A DNA stretch of 55,577 nt from Bacteroidales bacterium (GCA_021740245.1 JAIPAE010000003.1:1-55577); one strand, 5' to 3'; positions 1 through 9,468 are shown, counted from the first letter of the stretch. Translations and numbers: made by a program. Notes: a model not told the origin generated them from the sequence alone.

Positions 1-795
1 GGTTTCTACTCTGGCTTGCTCTTCTTCTGTAATATCATTGATCATCAAAGTCATTTCATGAGCTGTGTGCCCGACATAAGCCAATGGTTTGTACAAAGCA
101 TTATCTGCATTATTATCTCTCATCATTTCAACTTTTGCAAAATTAGTTCCGCCAAATGCCCCAAATTCTAAGGCTTCAAGCGGTAGTTTCAATAAAGCCC
201 TCAGGCTTTCCTTACCCATTCCCTGCCCAACTTCTTTGGCAATAACCGGATAGTTTGTATCTTTTAAAAAAGCACGGATAGTTTCCAGGGGAGGCATGGT
301 TATAGTATCACCCTCCATCTGAAAGAACTCATGCATCGGATTAATATGCACGATCATACCATCAGCTTTGAGCAAACTCACAAGGTCATGTAATTCACTT
401 ATTCTATCATCCCTGACCATTTGTTCCAATTGCGCAATACCGATGTTTGCGAAAAAAGGCTGGTTTTCACCAATGATTTTTCTCATATCAAAATCCGGCA
501 AAAACTTTTCATTTTCCAAAATAATTCTGCAGGACCCAAGTCCCATGCCTAAACCAAATTCAGCAGCAACTCTGGCCAAGTTAGAATTTATCTTGCGGGC
601 CATTTTTGTACCCCCGGTCATGCTTGATATCCAAAATGGATATTTCATGGTTTTACCAGCCACCTTTTGTTTCAGGGTATAGGATTTCGGGATAGCTGTT
701 AGTACGGGTTCATAAGTAAACCTGTCGTCTTTTTCAACAGCATTAGTTACTGAGTTTAATGCCAGCGTAATATGATCTTTTTTCCGTTCTTCCAT
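1..795 (-). CDS. fni: Type 2 (FMN-dependent) isopentenyl-diphosphate delta-isomerase, 3' end runs off the window
   Basis: Absent from the ORF track because it has no stop in the window. Manual translation from the ATG at 795 gives MEERKKDHITLAL...PFWISSMTGG...GMGLGS...NIGIAQL...VHINPMHE...IAKEVGQG...GAFGGTNFAKVE, matching the IDI-2 motifs RKxxH, MTGG, NIG, HxNxxxE, KEVGxG and GGT. Confidence 0.92.
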   Translation of the reverse strand, partial: MEERKKDHITLALNSVTNAVEKDDRFTYEPVLTAIPKSYTLKQKVAGKTMKYPFWISSMTGGTKMARKINSNLARVAAEFGLGMGLGSCRIILENEKFLPDFDMRKIIGENQPFFANIGIAQLEQMVRDDRISELHDLVSLLKADGMIVHINPMHEFFQMEGDTITMPPLETIRAFLKDTNYPVIAKEVGQGMGKESLRALLKLPLEALEFGAFGGTNFAKVEMMRDNNADNALYKPLAYVGHTAHEMTLMINDITEEEQARVET

Positions 796-801
796 AATAT
801 T

Positions 802-1947
802 TTATAAGCTTCGGGAAATTACCAGTTTTATGATTTCTGATGTACCTTCACCAATTTGCAAGATACGTTGATCACGATAATGTCGCTCAACTTCATTTCC
901 TTTAACAAGTGCATAAGCTCCGAATATCTGCACAGCTTCATCTGCTACTTCCTTAGCAGTCTCGGTACAATAAAGTTTAGCCATGGCAGCTTCTTTGGCA
1001 AAAGGATAATCATTCATTTTAAGCCAGGTTGCATGATAGAGCATATTTCGTGAAGCTTCAATTTTTGTAGCCATTTCGGCAAGTTTAAAGCTAACAGCCT
1101 GAAAGCGTCCGATAGGTTTGCCAAACTGTTTTCTTTCTTTGGAATATTTCAGGGCGGCATCAAAAGCTCCCTGCGCATGCCCAAGACCCATTGCAGCCAC
1201 AGAAAGGCGTCCTGAATCAAGTGTTTCCAACATCATGCGTGAACCAGCACCACGTTTCCCCAACAAGTTGGATTCTGGTACTTTTACATCCTTACATATT
1301 AACTTTCCTGTATCTCCTGCACGCCACATCATCTTATCCCTGATTCGCTCGGTAGTAAATCCTTTGGTTCCGCTTTCTACCAATATCGTGGAATACTCTT
1401 TCCTGCCATTTTCATTTTCTTCTGTAATGCATTGTAATGAAACGCCGGCAGACATTTCTGATGTTGAATTTGAAATAAATAGTTTTTCTCCGTTGATATG
1501 CCAGTATCCATCTTTTAATTCTGCTGTTGTCTCAGTTCCCCGGGAATCAGAACCGGCATTTTTTTCTGTCAGTCCAAAAGCCCACACATAATTACCCGAT
1601 GTTAATTTAGGTAACAATTCCCGCTTTTGTTTTTCTGTACCATAATTATATATCGGACCAATTCCAAGAGAATTGTGAGCAGCTACAGTGCTTCCCTGCG
1701 ATCCGTCTATCCGGCATATTTCTTCCACTGCAATGATAAGGGAAAGGTAATCCCTGCCCTGTCCACCATAATCTTCTGGTATTGCCAGGCCCAGCAAACC
1801 CAGTTGCCCCATCTTACGGCTTAACTCAACCGAAAATTCCGCTTTTTCATCCAGCTCAGTGGCTACAGGCCGGATTTCTCTTTCCGCAAAATCACGTACC
1901 TGTTTCCTTAGCTCGTGATGATGTTTTGTTAAATAAGGACTTTTCAT
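802..1947 (-). CDS. Acyl-CoA dehydrogenase (LiuA/isovaleryl-CoA dehydrogenase-like by context)
   Basis: FGLTEKNAGSD, NGEKLFISN, RKQFGKPIGRFQ and IGEGTSEI motifs. Start trimmed to MKSPYL (1947), 10 bp after the upstream stop. Confidence 0.9.
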   Translation of the reverse strand: MKSPYLTKHHHELRKQVRDFAEREIRPVATELDEKAEFSVELSRKMGQLGLLGLAIPEDYGGQGRDYLSLIIAVEEICRIDGSQGSTVAAHNSLGIGPIYNYGTEKQKRELLPKLTSGNYVWAFGLTEKNAGSDSRGTETTAELKDGYWHINGEKLFISNSTSEMSAGVSLQCITEENENGRKEYSTILVESGTKGFTTERIRDKMMWRAGDTGKLICKDVKVPESNLLGKRGAGSRMMLETLDSGRLSVAAMGLGHAQGAFDAALKYSKERKQFGKPIGRFQAVSFKLAEMATKIEASRNMLYHATWLKMNDYPFAKEAAMAKLYCTETAKEVADEAVQIFGAYALVKGNEVERHYRDQRILQIGEGTSEIIKLVISRSL

Positions 1948-1957
1948 GTTCTTGATT

Positions 1958-3967
1958 TTATTCTTTTTCTTTTTCTTCTTCAATATTTTTCATTCTGATC
2001 AATAGCTGACCATCTTTTACCTGATCCCCTTCGTTGACTTCAACTCGAGCCACTTCAACATCTGATTCAGCCAGTATATTATTCTCAATTTTCATTGACT
2101 CAATAACAACCAATGTATCACCTGTCTTTACAGAATCTCCATTTGATACCTGAATAGCAACAACCCGCCCATGCATTGGTGAAATCACATGTTCATAAGA
2201 ACGGCCAGAATCCTTGTATGCATCTTCAAAATCGCTGGGGCTTAATACATCATGTCTTTGTATGTTGTAATAATATCCTCCGTATTTTAAAACAGCATTC
2301 GAAATATTTTGTTTAACAATTTTAAATTTATGTTCAACATTATTTATTTCTATAACACAATCTTCATGTTCTTTTTTTATACAACAGGCTGTTGATAATG
2401 AATCTTCAATTTGAACGTGAAACTTCCCAGCTCTTTTCCTAATTCCCACATTATATTTTTTATTGTTAAATGAAACAGCGATATTATTTCGAATCCGCCA
2501 GAATCCTAATTTGTTCCATGTTTCTGGTTTAGAATTTTCGTTGCATCTGTCCATTTCTGAAACCAGAAAAGCTGTAATCAAAAAAACAGGCGATATATGT
2601 TCTTTTTTTCTGATGAGTTGATCAATTATTGGCCGTGTATTTTTCTCAAGATATTGTGTAGATATCTTATTATTTATAAAATCCTTACTTAAAAGTATTT
2701 CGGAAAGAAACTCCTGGTTTGTTGTCGTTCCTGTCACCGTAATTTCCTTCAGGTAACCTGCAAGCTTATGAATTGCTTGTATCCTGTTTGTATCATGAGC
2801 AATTACTTTAGCAATCATAGGATCATAATCAGGATAAATAAAATCCTGCTTACGTAATCCATGATCAATTCTGATATCCACATGATCGGGAAAGGAAATT
2901 GAATTCAAAAAACCCGGAGAAGGTTTATAATTCTGAAGTGGATCTTCAGCATATAATCTTGCCTGAACAGCATGACCGCTTACATTCAGGTTTTTCAAGC
3001 TAATTGAAAGCTCATACCCTTCGGCTATTTTAATTTGTTGCTCTACAATATCAATCCCTGTAATTTTCTCAGTCACCGGGTGCTCCACCTGTATTCTTGT
3101 ATTCATTTCAAGGAAGTATATTCTGTCTTGATGATCCACAAGAAATTCTACCGTACCGGCACTGCAATAATTTATAGCTTTAGCTATTTTCACCGCACTA
3201 TCTGTCAAATCCTTTCGAAGCTTTTGATTGACCGATGGTGAAGGAGCTTCTTCAATAACCTTTTGATGTCTTCGTTGCAAAGAACATTCACGCTCAAACA
3301 GATGTATAACATTACCATGATTATCGCCTAAAATTTGAACTTCAATATGCCGTGGATTTTCGAAATAATGTTCTACAAAAACAGTATCATTTCCAAAATA
3401 GTTTTTTGCTTCCCGAGCTGTTGTTTTCAATATATCATTAAGGTTTTCAGCACCTGAAACAACACGCATTCCTTTACCGCCACCACCTGCTGAAGCTTTC
3501 ACAAGCACCGGATAAATCAGTTCATTCTTTCTTGCCAGTATCTCTAGCGGGCTGCCGGTAATCCCTTCAGAAATGTTGACTCCTGCTTTATGCGCTGTGA
3601 TTCTCGATTGTATCTTATCCCCCATAACACGAATGGCTTTTGCATCCGGGCCTATGAAAAGTGCATTATTACGTTCACATAATAACGGAAATTCAGGATT
3701 TTCAGATAAAAAACCATAACCAGGATGGACAGCATCAACGGCTGATTGTCTGATAGCAGCCTCAATCTTTCGAAGATTAAGATAGGTATTCTGTAAAGTA
3801 CCTGTCCCTAATGCATAAGCCTCATCAGCCTGAGTGACATGAAAAGCTTGTTTATCATTAGCTGCATAGATGGCCACTGTTTTTATACCCATTTTTCCGG
3901 CAGTACGCATAATTCGCACAGCTATTTCACCCCTGTTAGCAATCAGTATTTTGCGTATTTTCTTCAT
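1958..3967 (-). CDS. Biotin carboxylase/biotin carrier subunit (3-methylcrotonyl-CoA carboxylase alpha, LiuD-like)
   Basis: LIANRGEIA, HPGYGFLSEN, GGGGKGMR, ERECSLQRRHQK and EMNTRIQVEHP motifs; C-terminal biotinyl domain with ESMKIE. Confidence 0.9.
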   Translation of the reverse strand: MKKIRKILIANRGEIAVRIMRTAGKMGIKTVAIYAANDKQAFHVTQADEAYALGTGTLQNTYLNLRKIEAAIRQSAVDAVHPGYGFLSENPEFPLLCERNNALFIGPDAKAIRVMGDKIQSRITAHKAGVNISEGITGSPLEILARKNELIYPVLVKASAGGGGKGMRVVSGAENLNDILKTTAREAKNYFGNDTVFVEHYFENPRHIEVQILGDNHGNVIHLFERECSLQRRHQKVIEEAPSPSVNQKLRKDLTDSAVKIAKAINYCSAGTVEFLVDHQDRIYFLEMNTRIQVEHPVTEKITGIDIVEQQIKIAEGYELSISLKNLNVSGHAVQARLYAEDPLQNYKPSPGFLNSISFPDHVDIRIDHGLRKQDFIYPDYDPMIAKVIAHDTNRIQAIHKLAGYLKEITVTGTTTNQEFLSEILLSKDFINNKISTQYLEKNTRPIIDQLIRKKEHISPVFLITAFLVSEMDRCNENSKPETWNKLGFWRIRNNIAVSFNNKKYNVGIRKRAGKFHVQIEDSLSTACCIKKEHEDCVIEINNVEHKFKIVKQNISNAVLKYGGYYYNIQRHDVLSPSDFEDAYKDSGRSYEHVISPMHGRVVAIQVSNGDSVKTGDTLVVIESMKIENNILAESDVEVARVEVNEGDQVKDGQLLIRMKNIEEEKEKE

Positions 3968-3970
3968 ACT

Positions 3971-4771
3971 TCAGTTTTGAGTATTTGATATTTTAGACCA
4001 GTCCGGGTTTCGTTTTTCAGCAAAAGCTTTCATACCTTCCTGGCCTTCGTCACTCAACCGTGCCGATGCGATCATATCTGCTGTAATATCTTCCATCTCA
4101 CCCATATGAATACGATCAGCAATTTTGCTTATTAGCCATTTTGTGTTTTTTACTGACCCAGCTGCAGCAGCCTGGATAGAATTTACTGTACTATGCAAAT
4201 AATCATTTATTTCTTTTTCCTTACCGCTGAAATTTATCAATCCTGTTTTTAAAGCCCTGTCAGCATCAAACTGTTTCCCGGTTAGCATCAACTCCCGCGC
4301 ATTAAACTCACCAATTCTGTTAACTACAAAAGGAGATATAGTTGCAGGAATTAATCCCAGTTGAACTTCAGAAAACCGGAACACGGTTTCATCATCAGCA
4401 ATACTGATATCTGAGGCTGCTACTATACCGTTCGCCCCTCCAAAGCTGGCACCGTGAACAATTGTAATAACCGGAACCGGGAAACTGTATATTGCGTAGA
4501 ACAACCGGTATAACTGTTTGCTTTCAAGCTTATTTTCATTAAAAGAATAATTCATCACCGATTGCATCCAGTCTATATCAGCACCGGCACTAAAAACAAT
4601 GCCTCTTCCACGGATAATCAATATCCGCAAATTTTTTTCATGTTTAAATGATCCTAAAGCCATTAATAGTTCATCTATCATTTGTTCATGAAAAGCATTG
4701 CGCTTTTCTGGTCTGGACAACCATATTATGGCTGTATTCTCATTTTTTTCTGTTTCAATATATCTGTACAT
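3971..4771 (-). CDS. Enoyl-CoA hydratase family, methylglutaconyl-CoA hydratase (LiuC-like)
   Basis: RPEKRNAF, FSAGADIDWM, GASFGGANG, FSEVQLGLIPATISPFV and EGQEGMKAFAEKR; lies between the MCC subunits. Start trimmed to MYRYIE. Confidence 0.85.
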   Translation of the reverse strand: MYRYIETEKNENTAIIWLSRPEKRNAFHEQMIDELLMALGSFKHEKNLRILIIRGRGIVFSAGADIDWMQSVMNYSFNENKLESKQLYRLFYAIYSFPVPVITIVHGASFGGANGIVAASDISIADDETVFRFSEVQLGLIPATISPFVVNRIGEFNARELMLTGKQFDADRALKTGLINFSGKEKEINDYLHSTVNSIQAAAAGSVKNTKWLISKIADRIHMGEMEDITADMIASARLSDEGQEGMKAFAEKRNPDWSKISNTQN

Positions 4772-4778
4772 AATAACT

Positions 4779-6386
4779 TTACATTCGGAAGACACCATTT
4801 TTCATATCTTCAATTGGTTTATTCAATGACATCGATATCGCCATTGCTATAATATTTCTGGTTTCTGCAGGATCTATAATCCCATCATCCCAAACTCTTG
4901 ATGTGCTGTAATAGGCAGAGCTTTCATACTCATATTGGTCCAGAATTCCTTTTCGTATGGACTGAATTTCTTTATCATCCGGTTCTTTCCCTTTCGTTTT
5001 TAATTGTTTTAATTTAACAGATGTTAAAACGCCTGCAGCTTGTTCACCACCCATAACAGATATGCGGGAATTGGGCCATATCAATAGAAGATTCGGATCG
5101 TAGGCACGACCGGCCATAGCATAGTTTCCTGCACCAAAAGACCCCCCCACAATTACAGTAAATTTCGGAACATTAGCATTTGCTATAGCATGAATAAGTT
5201 TTGCACCGTGTTTGGCCAGTCCTTCGTGTTCATATTTCTTCCCGACAATAAATCCGGATATATTCTGTAAAAACAAAATTGGAATTTTACGGGACTGACA
5301 GAGCTCAATAAAATGTGCTCCTTTCATAGCTGATTCTGAACCAAAAACACCATAATTTCCTAAAATTCCAACCGGATAACCCATAAGATAAGCAAATCCG
5401 GTAACCAAAGTTGTTCCATAATCACGTTTAAACTCATGAAAACGGCTACCATCAACAATTCTCATAATAATTTCCCGTGGATCTACTGATTTTTTCAAAT
5501 CTATTGGAGCTATGCCATATAATTCTTCAGCAGCATAAACCGGATTTTCAACTCGCTTTTTTTCGAGTTTGTATTTTTCTTTAAGCGGTATGGTTTGAAA
5601 CAGGTTCCTGCAAATTTCCAGGGCATGATCATCATTTTCGGCAATATGATCAGCAACTCCGGATATACTTGTATGCACATGTGCTCCGCCAAGTTCTTCT
5701 GCACTGACTTCTTCGCCTGTTGCTGCTTTGACCAACGGTGGCCCGCCTATAAATATTGTCCCTTCTCCCCTTACAATTATTGTTTCATCGCTCATTGCAG
5801 GGACATATGCTCCTCCTGCTGTACATGATCCCATCACAATTGAAATCTGATGGAGCCCCATTGCTGACATTCGGGCCTGATTATAGAACAAACGGCCAAA
5901 ATCCTCTTTATCGGGAAAAACTCTGGATTGTTCCGGTAAAAAGACTCCTCCGGAATCCACAAGATAAACCACCGGCAAATGATTTTGCATGGCCATTTCC
6001 TGAGCGCGAACATGTTTTCGTATTGTTTCACGAATATAGGTTCCTCCTTTTACAGTAGCATCATTCGCTATAATAATTGCTTCATGTCCCTCGATAACTC
6101 CAATACCGGTTACAATGCCTGCTCCCAAAAACTGGTCTTTATATTGACCGTTGGCTGCAAGGGTAGACAACTCTAAAAAAGGTGTATTAGGATCCAATAA
6201 TAAATTTATTCGATCGCGAACCAATAGTTTACCTCGCTCCTTGTGCTTTTCTACTGATTTCGGAGAACCTCCGGCCAATACTCGATCAATGTCTGAATAA
6301 AACTTATCCAATAGTTTTTCATATTGCTTTACGGATGCCAGAAATTTTTCTGACGTTGTATTTAATTTCGTTTTTAGTTGATACAC
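4779..6386 (-). CDS. 3-methylcrotonyl-CoA carboxylase beta subunit (carboxyltransferase, LiuB-like)
   Basis: ANDATVKGGTY, YLVDSGG, GSCTAGGAYVPAMSDE, GGPPLVKAATGE, GAGNYAMAGRAY and C-terminal GVFRM; GTG start. Confidence 0.92.
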   Translation of the reverse strand: MYQLKTKLNTTSEKFLASVKQYEKLLDKFYSDIDRVLAGGSPKSVEKHKERGKLLVRDRINLLLDPNTPFLELSTLAANGQYKDQFLGAGIVTGIGVIEGHEAIIIANDATVKGGTYIRETIRKHVRAQEMAMQNHLPVVYLVDSGGVFLPEQSRVFPDKEDFGRLFYNQARMSAMGLHQISIVMGSCTAGGAYVPAMSDETIIVRGEGTIFIGGPPLVKAATGEEVSAEELGGAHVHTSISGVADHIAENDDHALEICRNLFQTIPLKEKYKLEKKRVENPVYAAEELYGIAPIDLKKSVDPREIIMRIVDGSRFHEFKRDYGTTLVTGFAYLMGYPVGILGNYGVFGSESAMKGAHFIELCQSRKIPILFLQNISGFIVGKKYEHEGLAKHGAKLIHAIANANVPKFTVIVGGSFGAGNYAMAGRAYDPNLLLIWPNSRISVMGGEQAAGVLTSVKLKQLKTKGKEPDDKEIQSIRKGILDQYEYESSAYYSTSRVWDDGIIDPAETRNIIAMAISMSLNKPIEDMKNGVFRM

Positions 6387-6600
6387 GGCTTATCTGGTTT
6401 TCATATCAAAAAACAATAGGTATTTATTTTTGTTTCACCTTAACGATAATATAGTTCTACAAGATTTTAAAACATGTAAAAATAATGAGAATTACGATTA
6501 TAACAAATATCCTTATCAACTGAATGAAATAAATTCATAACAAATATGTCATAATCCCTCCTGAAAATGCTTTTTACTCAACAATTAACCTTTGTGAAAT

Positions 6601-7941
6601 TCATTTTTTTGATGATATCCTGTAAATCACAAACCCGATTAGGAGGGTAATCAAGCCTGCCACCGAGGCCAAAGGTTTTTGAATGAGTGAATGAACAACC
6701 ATCCAGGACATCCCCAATAAAAAAATCACCGGAGTTATTGGAAATAGAGGGATTTTATAATTTGATAATGACCTATCTGCTCTCTGCTGATGGATAAAAA
6801 TACCGGCAACAGTCAAACCAGATATCAGGCTTAAGGTAAAGCCCACATATACCAGTATTGTTTCAAATGTAAAAGTAAGTATCATAAAAACAGAAATAGC
6901 CATTTGTAGAATAATTGCTGCATAAGGTGCACCTCCTTTAGACGTTACGGATAAAATATTAAATAACTTAAAGTCCTCTCCCATAACTTTATAAACCCTT
7001 GGCCCTGCCATGATCATAGAGCTTAGTGATGATAACAGGAACAATGCTACGGCAAGCGAGAAAAATTTACCGGCATTTTCCCCAAATACTTTTACTGCAA
7101 CAAAATGAGCTGTTTCAACTTTTCCTTCTATTTCAGCAGCCGGAACTGAGCTAAGGAAGAAATAATTCACTGTCAGATAAACAATGATTACTATGACAGT
7201 ACCTGCAACTAGTGCAAATGGCAGATTTTTTGCCGGCTTTTTTATTTCACCGGCAACATAAGTAGCTGCATTCCAACCGGAATAGGCATACATTACAAAA
7301 ATCAAACCTGCAGCATATGCAGAACTAAAAATGCTTTTGATCTCAAATTCCTGCGTACTCAATGTCCAGGCTTTTTCTTCCTGAATTAAAAAGCCTGCTG
7401 ATACAAATATGACAATTAATATAATTTTAAGTGCTGTGATTATATTCTGAACTTTTGCCCCGGCACTGACACTCCATATATGTAAAATCGAAAAAATAAA
7501 TACTGCGGATATTGCAACTTCCATAACAGGTAAATCCGGGATAACACCGGCAAGGTACCGGCTAAAAGCTACTGCAACAGCTGCTATCGGAGCGGAAAAA
7601 CCGACAATAAGAGAAACCCAGCCTGCCAGAAATCCTGCTACCGGATGAAACAGTTCAGACAAATAATGATATTCGCCTCCACTGCGTGGCATATCTGCAC
7701 CTAATTTTCCATATGTCAATGCACCACATAAAGCTATAATTCCTCCCATCAACCAAGAGATCAACACCGTTAAAGGGTGATGCATATCTCTGATCAAAAA
7801 ACCGGTTGTAGTGAACAGACCTGTGCCTATCATATTGGCAATCACCAAAAGTATAGCAGTATGCAACCCCAAAATTCGTCTGGAACTACTTTTGTTCTTT
7901 TTCCGGGTTTCTTTCATAGTTTGTTCCCGGTTTTTAATCAT
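6601..7941 (-). CDS. APC-superfamily (LAT-type) amino acid permease
   Basis: About 12 hydrophobic segments; IANMIGTGLF, MPRSGGEYHY, YAYSGWNAATYVAGEIKKP and GPRV motifs. Alternative start at 7917. Confidence 0.9.
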   Translation of the reverse strand: MIKNREQTMKETRKKNKSSSRRILGLHTAILLVIANMIGTGLFTTTGFLIRDMHHPLTVLISWLMGGIIALCGALTYGKLGADMPRSGGEYHYLSELFHPVAGFLAGWVSLIVGFSAPIAAVAVAFSRYLAGVIPDLPVMEVAISAVFIFSILHIWSVSAGAKVQNIITALKIILIVIFVSAGFLIQEEKAWTLSTQEFEIKSIFSSAYAAGLIFVMYAYSGWNAATYVAGEIKKPAKNLPFALVAGTVIVIIVYLTVNYFFLSSVPAAEIEGKVETAHFVAVKVFGENAGKFFSLAVALFLLSSLSSMIMAGPRVYKVMGEDFKLFNILSVTSKGGAPYAAIILQMAISVFMILTFTFETILVYVGFTLSLISGLTVAGIFIHQQRADRSLSNYKIPLFPITPVIFLLGMSWMVVHSLIQKPLASVAGLITLLIGFVIYRISSKK

Positions 7942-8713
7942 TATTTTCTTCAGGATGTACCATCGGAACGAACCTTACCCCGGTTATGATCTCCTCATTG
8001 ATATTTCCGTTTTCATATTTGGTAACCTGCTTGAGTAATTGCATATTTTTTCCTTCAGGTAAAACCATAATTCCACCGGGTTTCAACTGTTGCAATAATT
8101 TTTCAGGTATCTTTTCCGGAGCAGCAGTAACTATAATGCGATCAAAGGGAGCATGCTCAGGCCAACCCTGATAACCATCTCCGTGAAGAACCCGAACATT
8201 ATCATATTCCAGGGATTTTAGTTTTCGCCTGGCAGATATGGCAAGTTCTTCTACAATTTCTATGGTATAAACCTCTTTAGCTAAACCTGCCAGTATTGCG
8301 GCCTGATAAGCTGACCCGGTCCCTATTTCAAGAACCTTTTCATCTCCGTTTAGCTCAAGTTGGCTGGTCATAAGTGCTACAATATACGGTTGTGATATCG
8401 TTTGCCCAAAACCAATCGGCAAAGGATTGTCATCCCAGGCAGCATATCTGTAATGCGCCGGTATAAAGCGGTGTCTGGGTGTATTTTTCATCACTTTCAA
8501 AAGTTGCTTATCATTTATTCCACGCGATTTGATCTGGTTTTCAACCATTTTACGGGCAGAACTTTTCCAGGTTGTATCCTTTTTTGTAGGCTGGTTAACC
8601 GGTTTTTGGGTTGCTTTATGATTATTATTCCCTTGTCCATGCTGGCATGAAACAGTAAGCATTATAAATATTACAGACAAACAGGTTACCTTATGCATCA
8701 AAAGTGTTTTCAT
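7934..8713 (-). CDS. pcm: Protein-L-isoaspartate O-methyltransferase with N-terminal lipoprotein signal
   Basis: PRHRF, LPIGFGQTISQPYIVA, VLEIGTGSAYQAA, APFDRIIVTAA, QLKPGG and VRFVPM motifs; the N-terminal hydrophobic stretch ends in LTVSC. Confidence 0.92.
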   Translation of the reverse strand: MKTLLMHKVTCLSVIFIMLTVSCQHGQGNNNHKATQKPVNQPTKKDTTWKSSARKMVENQIKSRGINDKQLLKVMKNTPRHRFIPAHYRYAAWDDNPLPIGFGQTISQPYIVALMTSQLELNGDEKVLEIGTGSAYQAAILAGLAKEVYTIEIVEELAISARRKLKSLEYDNVRVLHGDGYQGWPEHAPFDRIIVTAAPEKIPEKLLQQLKPGGIMVLPEGKNMQLLKQVTKYENGNINEEIITGVRFVPMVHPEENND

Positions 8714-8748
8714 AGTAATTCGTTTAGTGATTTTATAGATGTAAGTAA

Positions 8749-8756
8749 CAAATATA
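8749..8756 (-). promoter_or_regulatory. Bacteroidota sigma-70 -7 element (TATATTTG) for pcm-APC
   Basis: Matches the TAnnTTTG consensus 35 bp upstream of the pcm start, downstream of the rplT terminator. Confidence 0.5.
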
Positions 8757-8794
8757 ATTTATACGCGACTTTTGATCAAGCCAAAACAAAACAT

Positions 8795-8824
8795 AAAAAA
8801 AACGTCACCCTAAAAAGAGTGACG
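8795..8824 (-). terminator. Intrinsic terminator of thrS-infC-rpmI-rplT
   Basis: Minus strand CGTCACTC-TTTTTA-GGGTGACG followed by a run of T, just after the rplT stop. Confidence 0.85.
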
Positions 8825-8850
8825 CCAGTAAGTAATTGATATGATTATCT

Positions 8851-9195
8851 TTATTTTACTTTTTCCACAACTGCTTTGAATGCTTCCGGATTATTCATAG
8901 CCATATCGGCAAGCACCTTACGGTCTAGCTCAATATTGTTAGCTTTTAATTTACCCATAAACTCTGAGTAGGACATTCCATAAGTTCTAGCACCTGCGTT
9001 GATACGCTGAATCCATAATTTGCGGAAATTGCGTTTTTTGTTTCTTCGATCCCGATATGCATACTGCAACCCTTTTTCGTATGCATTTTTTGAAACGCTC
9101 CAGACATTTTTTCTCCGGCCATATTGTCCTTTTACCGCATTATAAACTTTTTTCTTTCTTTGTTTGGCCGCAACTGAATTTACTGATCTTGGCAT
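8851..9195 (-). CDS. rplT: 50S ribosomal protein L20
   Basis: [29 protein letters not shown] and [10 protein letters not shown]. Confidence 0.98.
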   Translation of the reverse strand: MPRSVNSVAAKQRKKKVYNAVKGQYGRRKNVWSVSKNAYEKGLQYAYRDRRNKKRNFRKLWIQRINAGARTYGMSYSEFMGKLKANNIELDRKVLADMAMNNPEAFKAVVEKVK

Positions 9196-9273
9196 AATTT
9201 TTTACTTTTTTTTTGCATTAGCGCCTGTTTAGAAAAACAGATCTTACAGCTAATGTCAAATTCAACACTTTTT

Positions 9274-9468
9274 TTACCTGAGCAACATACGTTTTACTTT
9301 TTTCACATCAGTCTGGTCAACGAGAGTGAAATAACGAAGATTCCTCTTCTGTTTTTTCGTTTTCTTAGTCAGGATGTGACTTTTGTATGCATGCTTTCTT
9401 TTAATCTTACCAGTTCCGGTTATTCCAAAACGTTTTTTGGCTCCGGATTTCGTCTTCATCTTAGGCAT
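9274..9468 (-). CDS. rpmI: 50S ribosomal protein L35
   Basis: [14 protein letters not shown]...HILTKK; canonical position between infC and rplT. Confidence 0.98.
   Translation of the reverse strand: MPKMKTKSGAKKRFGITGTGKIKRKHAYKSHILTKKTKKQKRNLRYFTLVDQTDVKKVKRMLLR

Noticed and set aside
1948-1983. Poly-lysine N-terminal extension (MKKKKKKNKIKN) on the acyl-CoA dehydrogenase ORF
   Set aside because: It is an alternate-frame reading of the Glu/Lys-rich tail of the upstream carboxylase; the ATG at 1947 fits operon spacing.
6390-6404. Tiny in-frame ORF MKTR-stop just before the GTG of MCC beta
   Set aside because: It has no Leu codons or attenuator hairpin and a TAA stop makes readthrough unlikely; four-codon ORFs are expected by chance.
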